Source of the DNA: Sphagnum compactum
Taxonomy: Eukaryota
Assembly (NCBI GenBank): GCA_965153455.1
Contig: OZ234493.1
Location: forward strand, 10,468,213-10,532,212
Length of the DNA: 64,000 nt
Reading direction: 5' to 3'
Each line of letters opens with the position of its first letter. The stretch's first letter is position 1. Positions 11,736 to 24,639 of the stretch are shown here, piece after piece. The translations under genes and the position numbers were made by a program. The notes beneath the pieces were generated by a model. The model saw only the letters and a program-made list of their open reading frames with translations. It ran no database searches and was not told where the DNA came from.

Positions 11736-12345
11736 AGGTACCTACCTAGTAGCCACCAAGAAGGTTAGGTTCTTGGTGGGTAAGTAGGTAATTAGATATA
11801 TCTGGATGGTTGAAGAACAGGTTGGAATGTCTGAAGATCATGTCCTCCTTTATCACTGGACTTTGTGGTTAAATTGCTTGGATTAGCAACCAAGGTCCTA
11901 AGCTGTAATGATGGGATAATAAACCCTAAAAATAATGCCTGTGAGAGTGGGCATTATTTTTTCAAAATGCTCACTTTTATTTCTCATGTTTTTTCCTGTG
12001 ATATCCATCAGATATATGGGGCAATTTGATTTTTTAATCCAAGTCATCTTTACACATGGTAAAGAATTGGGCATTGGGCTTTGCTGATCTCATAACAACT
12101 TAGGTAAAGCGGGCAAGCGATAAAGGTCAATAAGTAGGGAGGGAATGTAAGTGGTCATTGAGTAGGTAAGTATGTAAGATTCTGGGTGGCTATTAGGTGA
12201 GTAGATACATGTGGGTGTTTGGTACATAACTGACCAATGTGGTTAGCTACCAGATAGGGTTACAATCAAAATAGTGTTTCTCTCCACACATCATCCATCC
12301 TGCATGCTACACTGGTATGTACTGGTTCACTCTGGCGAGATATTA

Positions 12346-12718
12346 GAGCATCCCCAGTGGTGCTTAGTATGTTACCCTGCAAAAATATTTCTCACATCCA
12401 AGTTTAGTTATTTACTTTTTTGTAACCCCACCCATAAAACTGAAATTGCCATTGCAAATATTTGAGAGATTATTAATAGCAAATCACATGGACCAATCAT
12501 TATGATCGACGAATCAGAAACAGGGATCATCAGTCAAATTATATTTGTTGCACTCTTTTTTTGGCAGGTGAAAAGTTTTCCTGCACCTCTTACCATCCTA
12601 AGCAAACTGTGCAAATATGCTGGCCCAAAACCATTTTCCTTGAGACAAGCCGGCATATTTTTTGACGTTTCTTCATTGAATTTTACCGTGCAGGGACTGA
12701 GCACTGCTGGGGATGCTC
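12346..12718. mobile_element. PIF/Harbinger Tourist-like MITE, 373 bp
   Basis: TIR GAGCATCCCCAG / CTGGGGATGCTC with perfect TTA TSD (12343-45, 12719-21); inverted second copy at 56122-56466. Confidence 0.9.
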
Positions 12719-13610
12719 TTATCACCATACCAGGCTTGTTGCTTAGATTTGGCAAATTGATCTGAGAGTTGGGCTTGGGTAGTGTAATATTGACAATGAA
12801 GGTTGGGTGGTAGGAAAAAGAATATCTGTGCATAATGGAAGTGTGTATTTATCTTCTAAGAGAGGGACTTTGGAGTGGTGAGGTTGGGCCCAGCGCCATA
12901 GTTCAAGGGCATGTGCTGAAAACATGAGGAGGTTCCAAAACCAAGGCCATGCGTGTACAGAGGGCCCTCCAGTACACCTCAACTTCCTTTTGGCCACAGG
13001 CTGCCCACCACATCAATATTTTTAAGCGTGTTATCAGTGGTTACCTAAATTAACTTTAACCAACCACTTTACCCATTTTCCGGCCCTTCCACCTACTTCA
13101 ATTTAATACTTACAGTTCACTCACAATCTAGCTACAAGGCAAACAAGAAGCACCTCTCCAAGGGTCTTTTCGTCTTTTCCCAGGCCCATAGTAGGTCACT
13201 TTTTTGGCTGCCTGCCCCTTAATGGGTCATTCTCCACAGTAGGCCCCAGAAGTGGGTGATGATTGGTCTCTATTTGGCTGCTCTTTTTCCAGAGAGGTGT
13301 GGACCTTCTGCTCTATACCCTCAACCTATTATACCTCCTTGACCTCTTTCACTAACTCTTACTTGCGGCCAGAGTGAACCAGCACCCACCAGTGCACCAA
13401 TAGACCCACCTCTTGTTGAGCAACGAATGTAGAAACCCTAGGTATAGGTGGTGTATCCATAATAGAGAGGTGTTGTAAATCGACCTGGAGAATGGAAGCA
13501 TTACAAACAACACACAATATTTTCAGACAACCTTAAACTAAATGTTGACAATTGAGACAAAAAATTGAAGTTAGATGCTTAAGAAGTATCATTGCTTAAA
13601 AAGACTTACT

Positions 13611-13889
13611 TCTCTATAGTCCAAAACTTGTACGGTTCATTGAAAATTAAATCAAATACTAGCTGAGAATTTCGGAGGAATTGGAATGTGCCTATGGTGT
13701 TGTTGGAAAGATCTTGATGAATAGGATTTAATGGAATTTATTTGGTAAGATTTGGATTTAGAATGTGGGGGATATTGATTTTTGCTGTTGAAAATTCTTT
13801 AAAAATCTTAAAAACTAGGTTTTGGAAGGAAAAATTAATTGAGGACATGGACGAGTTCACACTTGGGCCAACAACACAAACCACATTAG
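13611..13889 (+). mobile_element. Short non-autonomous Helitron-like element
   Basis: Starts TC(TC)TATA; ends acacttgggccaacaacacaaaccacaTTAG-t, a decayed version of the hairpin plus CTAG end at 11645. Confidence 0.45.
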
Positions 13890-14187
13890 TACACATTAAT
13901 GAAAAAATTTGAAAACGTGAATTTCATGATATATTGTGGGGGGATCAATTATTCAAAAAAATTCTTATGTTTCATGGTGAATGCAAATTTCCCAATATGA
14001 TGCAAGTATTGCATTTAAACTTCATAATTTTGTTCAACTAAACCTTTTACCATCAATGTGAACAACTTTGTAATACCCTCATTTACTTGAATCAATGTGT
14101 TTGGCATGATATAATGAGCATGGAATAAGTATTCTAAAAAAATTCTTTTGTTTCATGGTTTACGATATTATCATAAAATGATTTGAA

Positions 14188-14828
14188 TATTGTTTTCCTT
14201 CTAGGTTTTGTTAGGGTTATGCAATACCCCTTCAAATTCCAAAAGATATGTTATGGAGCCTAAAGGATTTATGGGATATTCTGAGAAGGGTAGTGCATGT
14301 GAATTGAGTAGTTATGGGCATGAGCAAAACCCCTTTGATAGCTCGAACCAAAATAATTGACCCATAGTGTTTGCAAATTACCCCAATGAGGGTATTATTT
14401 TCCTTTTAAGTTTCAGTATAGCTATGCAATACCCTTTTAGGTTTCAATAGATATGTGATGGAGTTCAAAGGATTTCCAATATACCTTAAGGGAGGTATTG
14501 CACATGCATTGAATAATTATGGGCACAAGCAATACCCCTCCAATAACCTAGACCAAAATAATTCAGTCCATGGTGTTTACAAAATACCCTCATGTGAGGG
14601 TATTGCTTTCCTTCTAGGTTTCGGTATGGTTATGCAATACCCTCCAAGATTCAATAGGTATGTTATGGAACCCAAAGGATTTCTAATATACCTTAATAGG
14701 GGTATTGCACATGCATCGAGTAGTAATTTTGGGCATGAGCAGTACCTTTTCAATAGCCTACACTAAAAAAATTCCACCCATGGTGTTTATAGAATACCCT
14801 CATATGGGTATTGCTTTCCTTCTAGTTT
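14188..14828. repeat. Tandem repeat, ~205-208-bp unit, three copies
   Basis: tcctt.tagg/aagttt anchors at 14196, 14401, 14609, 14817; shared tatgcaatacc, ttatgga.cc.aaaggattt and tgggca.gagca motifs. Confidence 0.85.
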
Positions 14829-15169
14829 TGAACTTTTTTTTTTCGGGGGTAAAAAACAATTTTTTTGTTTGAAAGCAAGATTTAAATCATTTTTTTGATA
14901 ATTTTATCAAGCATACATATAAGAATATGTGAGAATGTATTTCTAACCATTAACACAAGATGGTGTACATTGAAAGTAGAATGCTTTAAATAAAAAAATA
15001 TGGGTGACATGTGTTACAAAAATGTGCCAAAAATGCCCAAGTCCAAAACAACTCCACCTTAAAATGGGGAACATGTCATAATGGTAAATATGTGGTTGCC
15101 TCAAAAATAAATTGTTACCTTAACATCTTAAAGTCCAAAACATCACCATAATCAAAATGGGGAGAAACT

Positions 15170-16068
15170 ATGGGTTATCTATGTCACTATTGGAAGGGGA
15201 TGGGATCCCATCGGCCTACTTATATTGCGTTGATACAACCTTTACATCTTGGGTGTGTCAATTCGAAAATGCCCCACGTTTAACCAATGCTACTTCCACA
15301 ACATTCACCACAAACACCTCCTTAATGAGGCCTTGAACCTTAAAACAAACAACACAATATAATAAGTATTACATATCAAACCTAAAACCTGAAATTCAAA
15401 TAAAATTGAGTATGGCATTGTTAGAACTTATCAACCATAAATCATTTTTTATTCATGGTATTGCATAAAAAGGCCAATTTCCCTATATTGCATTGTTTTA
15501 TTAGATGCAAGCTTCTAGTTTCACACCACCCAAACACCTTTGAACGTTTTTGCATGCCCAGCTCGAATCACTTGAATCACAACTGTAAGGTTTTCATCAC
15601 ACTCCAATTTGGCCTGCACATTAAAAGGGATGGACCCCACACCCCATGTAATCATGTTAAAAAGTTGAAGAATGTGGCTAAAAGCTAGTTTAACAAGTGT
15701 AGGTTTAAGAACCCTAAGTATATCTTGCAAAATAACTTGGAACCTATCTCATTCTAGGTTTGCGTGCCTTTAACCTTAGAAATTACCTTGTGTTCATTGC
15801 GACAAAATTGGGCCAGAGGGTTATTCAAGACCCCCGCATTCATGGCCAAGTGGTCTTGATGCTTTAGGCCCTCCTCCCGAGTAGATGGGTGTTCGAGCTT
15901 GCTCGGTTCCATAATCACATTGTATCAAGCTTGCAAATGTTGTATCAAGTTGTATTTGGCAATGTAGGTCACATTGCACCCATGAACCTTATAAACAAAC
16001 TTTGCACCATCCCTTGGCCAATGTACACCCTTTAAGGCAACCAAAGGAAGGGCAACCACATATAAAAC
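15170..16068 (-). pseudogene. Decayed, probably transposon-borne gene with a degenerate C2H2-like zinc finger
   Basis: Minus strand after a ttag acceptor reads KFVYKVHG/CNVTYIAKYNLIQHLQA*YN across a frameshift; stops present; a second putative exon at ~15180-15338. Confidence 0.3.
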
Positions 16069-16919
16069 CTAATGTGAGAATTAACATTATGGATGAAAGT
16101 TAGCCCATACACGATGAAGGTATTGCATAAAGAGATCAAAGATCAAAAAACAAAGATGAGGGTATTGCACAAAAAGATAAAAGATTAAAACATAAGATGA
16201 GGGCATTGTAAGAACCCAATGTTCAAAATTGCACAAAATGAAGTTAACCTTAGAAAAAAAATACGACTTATAAAGCCTTTAGGTATTGCTTAGAGACTCT
16301 AGCCAAAAAATGCCCCACCCACCTTTCACATGGAGAAAGAAGGTGGGGCAAAGGTTTAAGGACCATAATTTATGAAGGTATTACAATCACAAATTTGACC
16401 CAAAAAAACCTAACCCCATCCATCCTCTCCACTTGAGAGGATGGATGAGAGGATGGGTGGGGCAATAAATTATAATAAGTGAAGTTCAATATCTCAACTC
16501 CATCAATATGTGCATGAGGTTCAACATCCTCATTTGCATTCTTTTGCTCCAACATTAAAACATGAACTACATTTTCTTGTTCCTTTTACCATCAAAATAG
16601 TTTTTTCGAAGTCCACTTTAATTCTATCAACATCTGTCACAAATGTTTCCCCAATGTCTTCACCTACTTGCACTTGCTTCTCAACAATCTAACTTGGAGC
16701 CAATGCAACCACATCTTCAACATTCGTTTACACTTGTTGTCCCATTGCCCTTGCTTCCAAATCTCCTTCATTCATGACATTTCCCATGCCATTTACATAT
16801 TCAATTAAGGTTTGCTAATTTGTTGCACCATTTTTCATTCTCTTTCGAATTTGCATCTAACAAAAACAGAAACAACACAAAAATTAAAAAAAACATTCCA
16901 TAACAAAATAAAAGAAAGC

Positions 16920-17880
16920 TAACACCAGTAATGCAACTAGCACCAACATTAGCACTAGTGTAACAACAACACTAGCATTAACAGCCAAACCACACCACAA
17001 CGATGACAAGCAGCATAGTTAATTATCGACATTTTTTCGTGCATGCAATACAACACCACAACAACGATCAACAGCGCAATTCCTCGTCATCATTTTTTTG
17101 CACTTGCATGACCACACCAGAATGACGACGAATAGTTGCATTGCTCATTGTTGTTTTTTCGTTCCTGTAAAACCACACCATAATGATAATGAACAATTAC
17201 ATTTTTTCGTGCTTGCAAGACCACACCAGAACAACAATGAGCAACTACGTTACTCATTGTCATTTTTTCATTCCTGCAAAACCACACCATAATGACAATG
17301 AGCAGTGCAGTTGCTCGTCGTCTTTTTTTCATGCATGTAAGACCACACCAGAATAATGACAAATTACACTGCTCATTATCATTTTTTCGTTCTTGCAAAA
17401 CTACACCACAACAACGATGAATACTATAATTGTTTGTCATCATTTTTTCACGCTTACAAAACAACATAAAAGGATGATGAGATGGCTCATTGTCTTCTTC
17501 ACACCTACAAAATGACAATAAGAAAAAGAAGATGATGATCGTGTCATTGTCATCCTCTTTGTAGTAGAAGAGTAGAAGAAGAAGATGATGATAGTGCATG
17601 TTATCATTGTCTTCTTCACAATAGAAGACCATAAGAATGATAACAACAACAATGTCATTGTCATCCTCTTCATAATAGAAGAGTAGAATAAGAAGATGAT
17701 GATAGTGCGCATTGTCATCATTTTTTTCACAATCGAAGACCATAAGAAGATGATTATGTCAGTGTCATCATCCTATTTGTAGTAGAAGAACAAAAGAAGA
17801 AAATGACAACAACACGCATCATTGTCATCTCTATGGACAAGAATACTATAAGAGAAGAAGAGGCCGAATGTCATCCTCTT
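16920..17880. repeat. Degenerate ~60-bp minisatellite / low-complexity tract (CCACACC units, then GAAGATGATGA units)
   Basis: ccacacc anchors at roughly 60-bp spacing from ~16990 to 17400, then attgtcatc.tct...tagaaga...aagaagatga units. Confidence 0.7.
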
Positions 17881-19932
17881 TGTAGTACAAAAAACATATT
17901 AACAAACAAAAAGGAGGAGAATGGATCTTACCTTCAAGCTCCCACTTTTGTCACCACCTTGAAGCTCCTCTTACCTTCACGCTCTTGAAGCTTTTGTCCA
18001 TGTTCCTAGGCTCCAAACCTTGAACCCTAATCAAAGCTTTGAGTTACTCAAGCTCTCCCTAGTTCACAAGCTCTGGCGATGAAGATGAGCACAAAAGCAG
18101 GTGGGTGGGGGTCGGTAGGATGAGGGAGGTAGGTGGGTTAGTAGGAAGAAGGGCAGTAGGTAGGTTAAGGGTAGGTAGGAGCTCCCCAAAAAAAACCTTG
18201 GGGTCAGGGGTAGGGGAAAAAAAAAGTGATAAAAACTGTCCCCAGAAACAAAAAAAACTGAGCTAGAGAAAAAAATCTAGCTGGGGAAAAAAGGCCCAGA
18301 AACAAATAAAATATACTGACCAAGTAAACTGACCCTTGGGGGACAGTTTCATCCCATCCATGAAATCCCAGAACGGGATTTTTTGGATGGGTACTGGTGG
18401 GTGCTTGGTCACTCAAACCCTTATTTGCTGGTTTAATATACAACTTTTTCACATCCACATTGCCTATTAGATGTCCAATAAAAGATTACATAACAAATTA
18501 TATCCATCCAAATATGCAATTTTTGTCAATTTCTTGAACGGAATATCCAATCCATTGAAAACTTGCATATTCCAAATGTCCCAAAAACTTTTAAATTTGT
18601 TTAAAGTCTCACAACCATTTTCTCTTATTCTTGTTATTGTATATTAGTTCAAATTCTAAAGTCCATGGCATGGAAGATGGATAATTTTGTACTGATCTTG
18701 TTTAGCTAAAGTCTTATGGATGAATTGAACAAATTGCAACTCAAAAATTTACACCTATGAAGATGAAAATAGTCATTAATGTGACCACATAAATGCAAAC
18801 TTTGATTCAAAGTATATTGTCTTGGAGAGTGGCCTAGTTAATACTGATGCACAAGCTTCCACATGAACTGCACAATCTTAATTCTAAGTGTTTTCCCCCC
18901 CTTTAGATGTCCTTCCTAATATCAATTTGCAAAGAGCTTTCAAGAATATTTAAGAATTTCCTATGCACACGCTTGTAACATTCTCAAGCTTGTAGAGAAA
19001 AAGAGACTAAGTTAGAAAAATAGACACATCCGCAAAAGAAAGACTTGCCCTTGCATACAATCATGACACTCTATGAGTTTAAGAGCTTCAAAAGAAAATG
19101 AGACTATATTAGAAGGAAAATACATACCATATAGCCCCCAAGCAATGCCCAAAAGGCTTGAGCCTCTATTATATAGATGAAGTGCTATTTTAGAAGATTT
19201 AAAAGCCAAGTGAAATATAAGTATTAAATTGAAAACCAAACGTTAGGTCTACTCCCCCTTTGGACTTCCCAAGGCTTGTCATTTTGTGCCTTGCATGGTT
19301 TTGCATAGAACCATGCATTCCACCCAAAAAAATAAAAAACTTGATATGTTATGTAGTAACTTTCGATATTTCGACCCACCACCACAAGGTGGTGAATCTA
19401 ACTATTATCACTAACTTATTTCCTACCATTTGAAACATTTATAACTGACTTTGTATTTATTTTTCATTTTTAAAAAATATTAGTCAAACATCCCAACAGA
19501 ACCACACAGGACATCCCTTTTTTTTACACCCTGCAAAGTTCAATGGGGATATTTAATGTTCTCCAATTAGCAGATTGGAAAAGTTGGAAGAGAGGGCAAG
19601 GTGACAGCCAAAGTTGGTTAGATAAAGGCAAAAAGATTTATGGTGCTTGCGGATGGGGCAGCCCATGGAAAATAAGAAGAAGTTGGAGTGGGTAGAGAGA
19701 GGGACCCGTCCATCCATCGAGGAGATAAATTTCTCCAGCCAGCAATTGGGCAGCAAGCGGAAACTTGAAGGGTGTAAACCCACCACCCTGCAGGCTCCTA
19801 CAAATCAGCGACTGGGGAGTGGGCCATTATTATTCCACTTGGAAGGTGGAGTGGTCCACACAAATTTAAAAAGCCAAAAAAATGTCAGGAGTCTTACAGC
19901 TGGGTTGTGTCCAGATACCCTGATTTGCTTGC

Positions 19933-21235
19933 TGTAAGGGCATATACTCCGGAGAGATAGATGTAAACCCCCCTGGGATTCAGGTAACACTTCAAATAAG
20001 AATTCAGCATGTCTTCTGCGGGTATAACGTACAAGAATGAAAAAATACACCTGTCAACAAACTCCACATATACGATATGTGTACGTGTGCATGCATCAAG
20101 CCAACAGCTTAAAAGTTGGAGGGAACCCTGGCCACCTTGCAACCCATTGTGAGTTCAATTCACCACTCTACGCCATGTGTGGTGTTATTTATTACCTAGT
20201 ATAGCCAACTCTTATCTTGTATTGGTCACCAACCAATTATAGAAAATATGTGAATACGTACAAAATAATCAAACCTTGGTGAACATCATTAAAACCTTGC
20301 AAAACTTTATTTATAAACACACTGCTGATTCAGAAAATGTACAAAGGTATTAGAGGAAAAGGGAGAATTTAGAGGACGGTCAAGTTAGCACAAACTGGTT
20401 GTCAAAATCTCTGCATCTCAACAACCCACCTATCCATGACAATGGGGATGCTGGCCTTTTTGGCAGGGCAAATTGAGTGACCACCTGCAAAATGGAAGCC
20501 ATAGCCCTATAAGGTGAAGAGTCATATAGTCATGCCAAGTTAGCATCTTGGTGTGGTATCTCCTATTTATACACCATGCCAGTATATTATGAGTATTAAG
20601 ATTAAGGGAAGGCTACCCATTGAGGCCCTTCGAGGGCATTATGGTTGTAATCTCCCTCTTGTCCTGCATTTATGGACAGAACTTGCAACTTGAGCCTTGA
20701 CCTGGGTAAAACCCTACTGAAACTAGGTGAAACAAAGTGTAAACCTGCTGCCAAGGCGCATTACAAGCATAACCCCGCCACCCCAACAGGGGCTTTACAG
20801 ATCATAATGGCCACCACGGCCAGAACCTCCAATGAGACAAAAATTATCCCCCTCCCAACATCGCCCCAAATGACAGAGGCAAAACAGCAACAAGTTTTCA
20901 GAAACTGTTTGTAGCCCCCAACAATCTGCATGCATCTTGGGCATTAAAATTTGTCAACTTTAGGTATCAACCAGTGTTGGGTGGGTATCACCTGGGCATC
21001 CCAGTCTGAACCTCTAAGGGTATGAGTGATACCCTGATTCAAAACCGGACCACCCATTCTCACTTGTGTGAAAACTGGATGGTGAAAACCAGCTTGGAAA
21101 AAAAAACTGAGAACTGGGTAAGGTCTGACCCTTTACCCGGGTCAAGGTCTCAAGAGGCATCAAATGTAGATTTAGGGTTAGGTTGGAGGCACCGCGTTCC
21201 AACGGCTACCTCCTGTAAACCCTAATTTTTTTACA
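19933..21235 (-). mobile_element. Putative 3' LTR (~1.3 kb) of the Ty3/gypsy element
   Basis: Bounded by TGTAA...TTACA inverted termini; preceded on the minus strand by purine tract gaggaagaaggggagaaa (21245-21262), which is ~9 nt from the LTR; no partner LTR in the window. Confidence 0.55.
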
Positions 21236-21479
21236 AAAGGGAGGTTTCTCCCCTTCTTCCTCTTGGATGTTTTCCTCGTTGAGTCTTGAGTTTTGTGAGT
21301 TGAAGATGTTTTTGTTTGAGTTTTTATTTTGAGTTTTGTTAGAGCTTTATTTTCCCATTACTGTTTGGTTTCTTTTGTTGGCATTGCGTCTCACTTTGCC
21401 TTTGTGCCTTACTACTATTTTCGTACCTTGATGTGCCTTCACACTTGTTGTTGCCTTCATGCATGCTGCCTTTGCCCCT

Positions 21480-23853
21480 TTGCACCTTGTTGTTGCCTTT
21501 CTTAAGTTACTTCTTCATTGGCAGCTTCCTATGTGTTTTCTTCCTCTTTGTCTTTCTCTTCCAACTGCTAAATACATTCATATGCACCATCAAGAGCACT
21601 AGTGGACTTCCTTGTTTGTTCGAAATGTCATCTCTTGAATTCAGCTTTAACCTCTTCTAGTAATTCGCCCATATTTATTAGAAATTGTTTTACAAGTTCA
21701 TCATACAATGTTGCTTTGGTTTTATTTTTAGTGGCCACACTTTCCCAATCATTGGCAATTTGCAAAGTAAGTAACTCCACTTTACCTTATGTAACTTGCA
21801 GCTCCCTCTATAGTTTCTTCTCCTTTGCCACCAAAAGTTTCCAATCCTTGTGATGAATTTCTCGAGCATTTTCCACTGTTGCTAGCTAAGTATTTAATTC
21901 TTCTTCTCGTTGGTGCAAAACTTCCTCCATTCCTTCAATTCTCCATACAAGTTAAGTTGCTCATTTTCAAAGTGCTTTGATCTCCCTATTTCTAAAGTCA
22001 ATTTATGTATCAACTTTTGTGATGATCTCTTGACAATGTTTTAGTCCTTCCTTCTTTTTTGTCTTTGCAACTTTTTTAGCCATCTTTAGTTCCTTCAGAA
22101 TTATCTCCTCTTGAATCTGTGATTTCATGAGTTGTTGGTGTAGTTGTTTAATCTTCTATGTTTCCTTCAACAACCTCTCTTGGTTTGACTAGTCCTGTGT
22201 CAGTTGAACTTCAAGATGGAGGTTTTTCTTCTGTCCTCTTGCTAAAGCTTCACATGTTTCCTTCTTCTCATTTTCTAAATTAGTAATTCTTGTTTTCAAT
22301 TGAAACATTTCTTTTCTTGAAGTCCTCTAACTTTCTTCATAAAGTGCCTTCTCTACTTGAATTTCTACTTGCTTCCGTGTTTCTTCCAGTTGCTTTGCCA
22401 TCTTTTCATTTTCCTTTTGCAACCTTAGTACTTCACCATTTTTCTTCTAGATCTTCTATGCCAACATCTCCAATTGCTTAACCATCGCATCCAAGTCTCC
22501 ATTGGTGGATGCATTACTCTCCATAACAACTAGTTGATTTGCCATATCATGATCAACTTTTTGCCATTGTTGGTCCATCAATATTAATGCTCTTGCATGC
22601 AATTATTCTTCTCTTTACTACACTTCCTCTTCTTGTTGAATCTTCTTTTTTCTACTCATGTTCTTCAGGTTGCATTAACAACTCCCTTTCTAGCTGTTGA
22701 TGAAATGGCTTTTACACTACAATGATCTTCACGTCCTCATTTTCTAAGTATTCAAATTTGTCATCCATTCCTCCAATGATCATCTCATCACTAGCTACCT
22801 CTTGCATTCTTCCTTTCTCCATATCCACATTTGTTGGAGCATTTTGCATGTTTTTTTTTCTATCAATTACATTTTTACTTCTTCCACAATGGTTATTAAA
22901 GGTTTTGTTATTTTCTCACCAAATTTCTCAACACTTTTTCCCCCAATTTCATTCATAATACTTGAGGTTTCAGCAATCTTACCGGGATTCCCTTCTTAGG
23001 CTGGAGATACCTCTATGATATCCTTATTTGTGGTTATAGCCGACTTACTACTCTTCTTCTCTACTAGCATGATTGCATTGACATTTACAATAATCTTCTC
23101 CATCATGCTTTGGGTCTTTTTATTGGTCCAAATAGACTTTTCTTTCTCTAGCTCCCACTACTTCAAGTAATGACCAATAATGGTCAAAGCTGGTCTAGCA
23201 AATGTGTTACCAATTTTCCCTGCCATGCGCTGAATGGCAATAATTTTGTTTTGTAACTTTTGTGAAAACCAAGAAGCCCAATTAACCTTCTCCTTTTCTG
23301 CTGCTAACATTGTTGAAATCAAAGCACTTGGAGCAAACTTGTTTCCTTGCCTAAAGGACATGATTTTTGTCAATGCTTCCAATTTGGCTTCCTTTTGCTT
23401 GCCATCTATTTTGGCAATCAGGTATCCTAAGCCCAATATGTAATGTTCATGTTCATCTCCAATGAAATATGTTGCAACAATAGGGTTGTAGCTTTCTCTT
23501 CCAATTGGTACAACCCCTTGATGGGATAGACCAAATTTTTTTGCTACCCCTTCCTCTCCTACATTGATTTGTCTTCCCTTCAGCTTGACATATTAATTAA
23601 CATGGTTGTAATTGCTGACCATTTCCTTCATTACTAGCTCATCAACTAAAATCCATCTAGTTTCTTGATTTGGGCAAGCCTTACCGTTTTTGCGTAGTCT
23701 ACTTCTTCTATCATCAGGGTTTAGATGCTACCATGCATACAACCCAAGAAATTAATTTTTCCCAACTCCTCTGGAGTTGGTAACTTCTCTAGTTCCCTGA
23801 CTTGGTGTCGTTTTGTAGTAGTGCCCCCACTACTTTCTTCCATTTCATGCTTC
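21480..23853 (-). pseudogene. Decayed extra ORF downstream of pol (plant-transposon/ATHILA-ORF1-like N-terminal domain plus E/K-rich coiled-coil region)
   Basis: VDELVMKEMVSNY..YVKLKGRQINVGEEGVAKKFGL...KVNWASWFSQKL, then E/K/Q-rich frames with stops and frameshifts; same strand as pol. Confidence 0.55.
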
Positions 23854-24639
23854 ATTTTACCCATTGCCAAGTTATGTTCCTTATACAAGTTGAACTCCTG
23901 ATTCCAAAAGACTACAAAATAGGTTTTGTAAGGCGACTCCTGAGGTTCTATATATATTCCAACAAAGAAATAATATAATAATCACCTCCTTCTTTAGTTG
24001 TTGTTGCTTCTTGGAAGTGTAAGGAACAAACCTCTCTTTTTGCTTTGCCTTCATATATGCTCTGGAAACAAGTCTACTACGAGGTTTTTTCACTTCCAAT
24101 TTCTTCTTCACTAGTTATTCTAACTCTTTGGTATGGTTGTTGATAAAAATTCCTTGATTTATTTAGGGCTACAAATTGAAAAGCGTGTCATTTCTGCACA
24201 TACTGTTTTACAAACTCCTCTCCACTAAACTTTCCAATGATTGGCTAGAACCAAAAATCTTTTGGCACTCCTTGTTTTACAACTACCACTTTACTATGGA
24301 TTTCTCTCTCATGCACCTCTCTTGCTCTTGCATTCCATTTGGCAATGTGCTCATTATCTCTTTTTGAATAGTCTTTCCACATGTGGTATCTATGTTTGAT
24401 CCCCTTCAATTCTGCTAACTCTCGAGGACATGGTCTAGAGGCCATACATGGCATGGCTCATTCATGGGCATGTTGAACATATCATGCATCAAGTTTTTGC
24501 ACGAGTTGACCTAAGCTCTAGACCAACTTTTCTATTTTTATTGCCCTATTTTTCCTTTACATAATTTTTTGAATATAACGGTACTATTTCTTTTTTCCTT
24601 CCTTTATAATTGAATTTTCTTACTCTTATTTTTTTAACA

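Noticed and set aside
14455-14766. 103-aa ORF with an internal repeat
   Set aside because: It lies in the ~208-bp tandem array, whose period is not a multiple of three, and the frame is not kept in the other units.
17090-17743. 217-aa minus-strand ORF with repeated EEDDND/HHLL motifs
   Set aside because: It arises from a low-complexity minisatellite and has no coherent domain.
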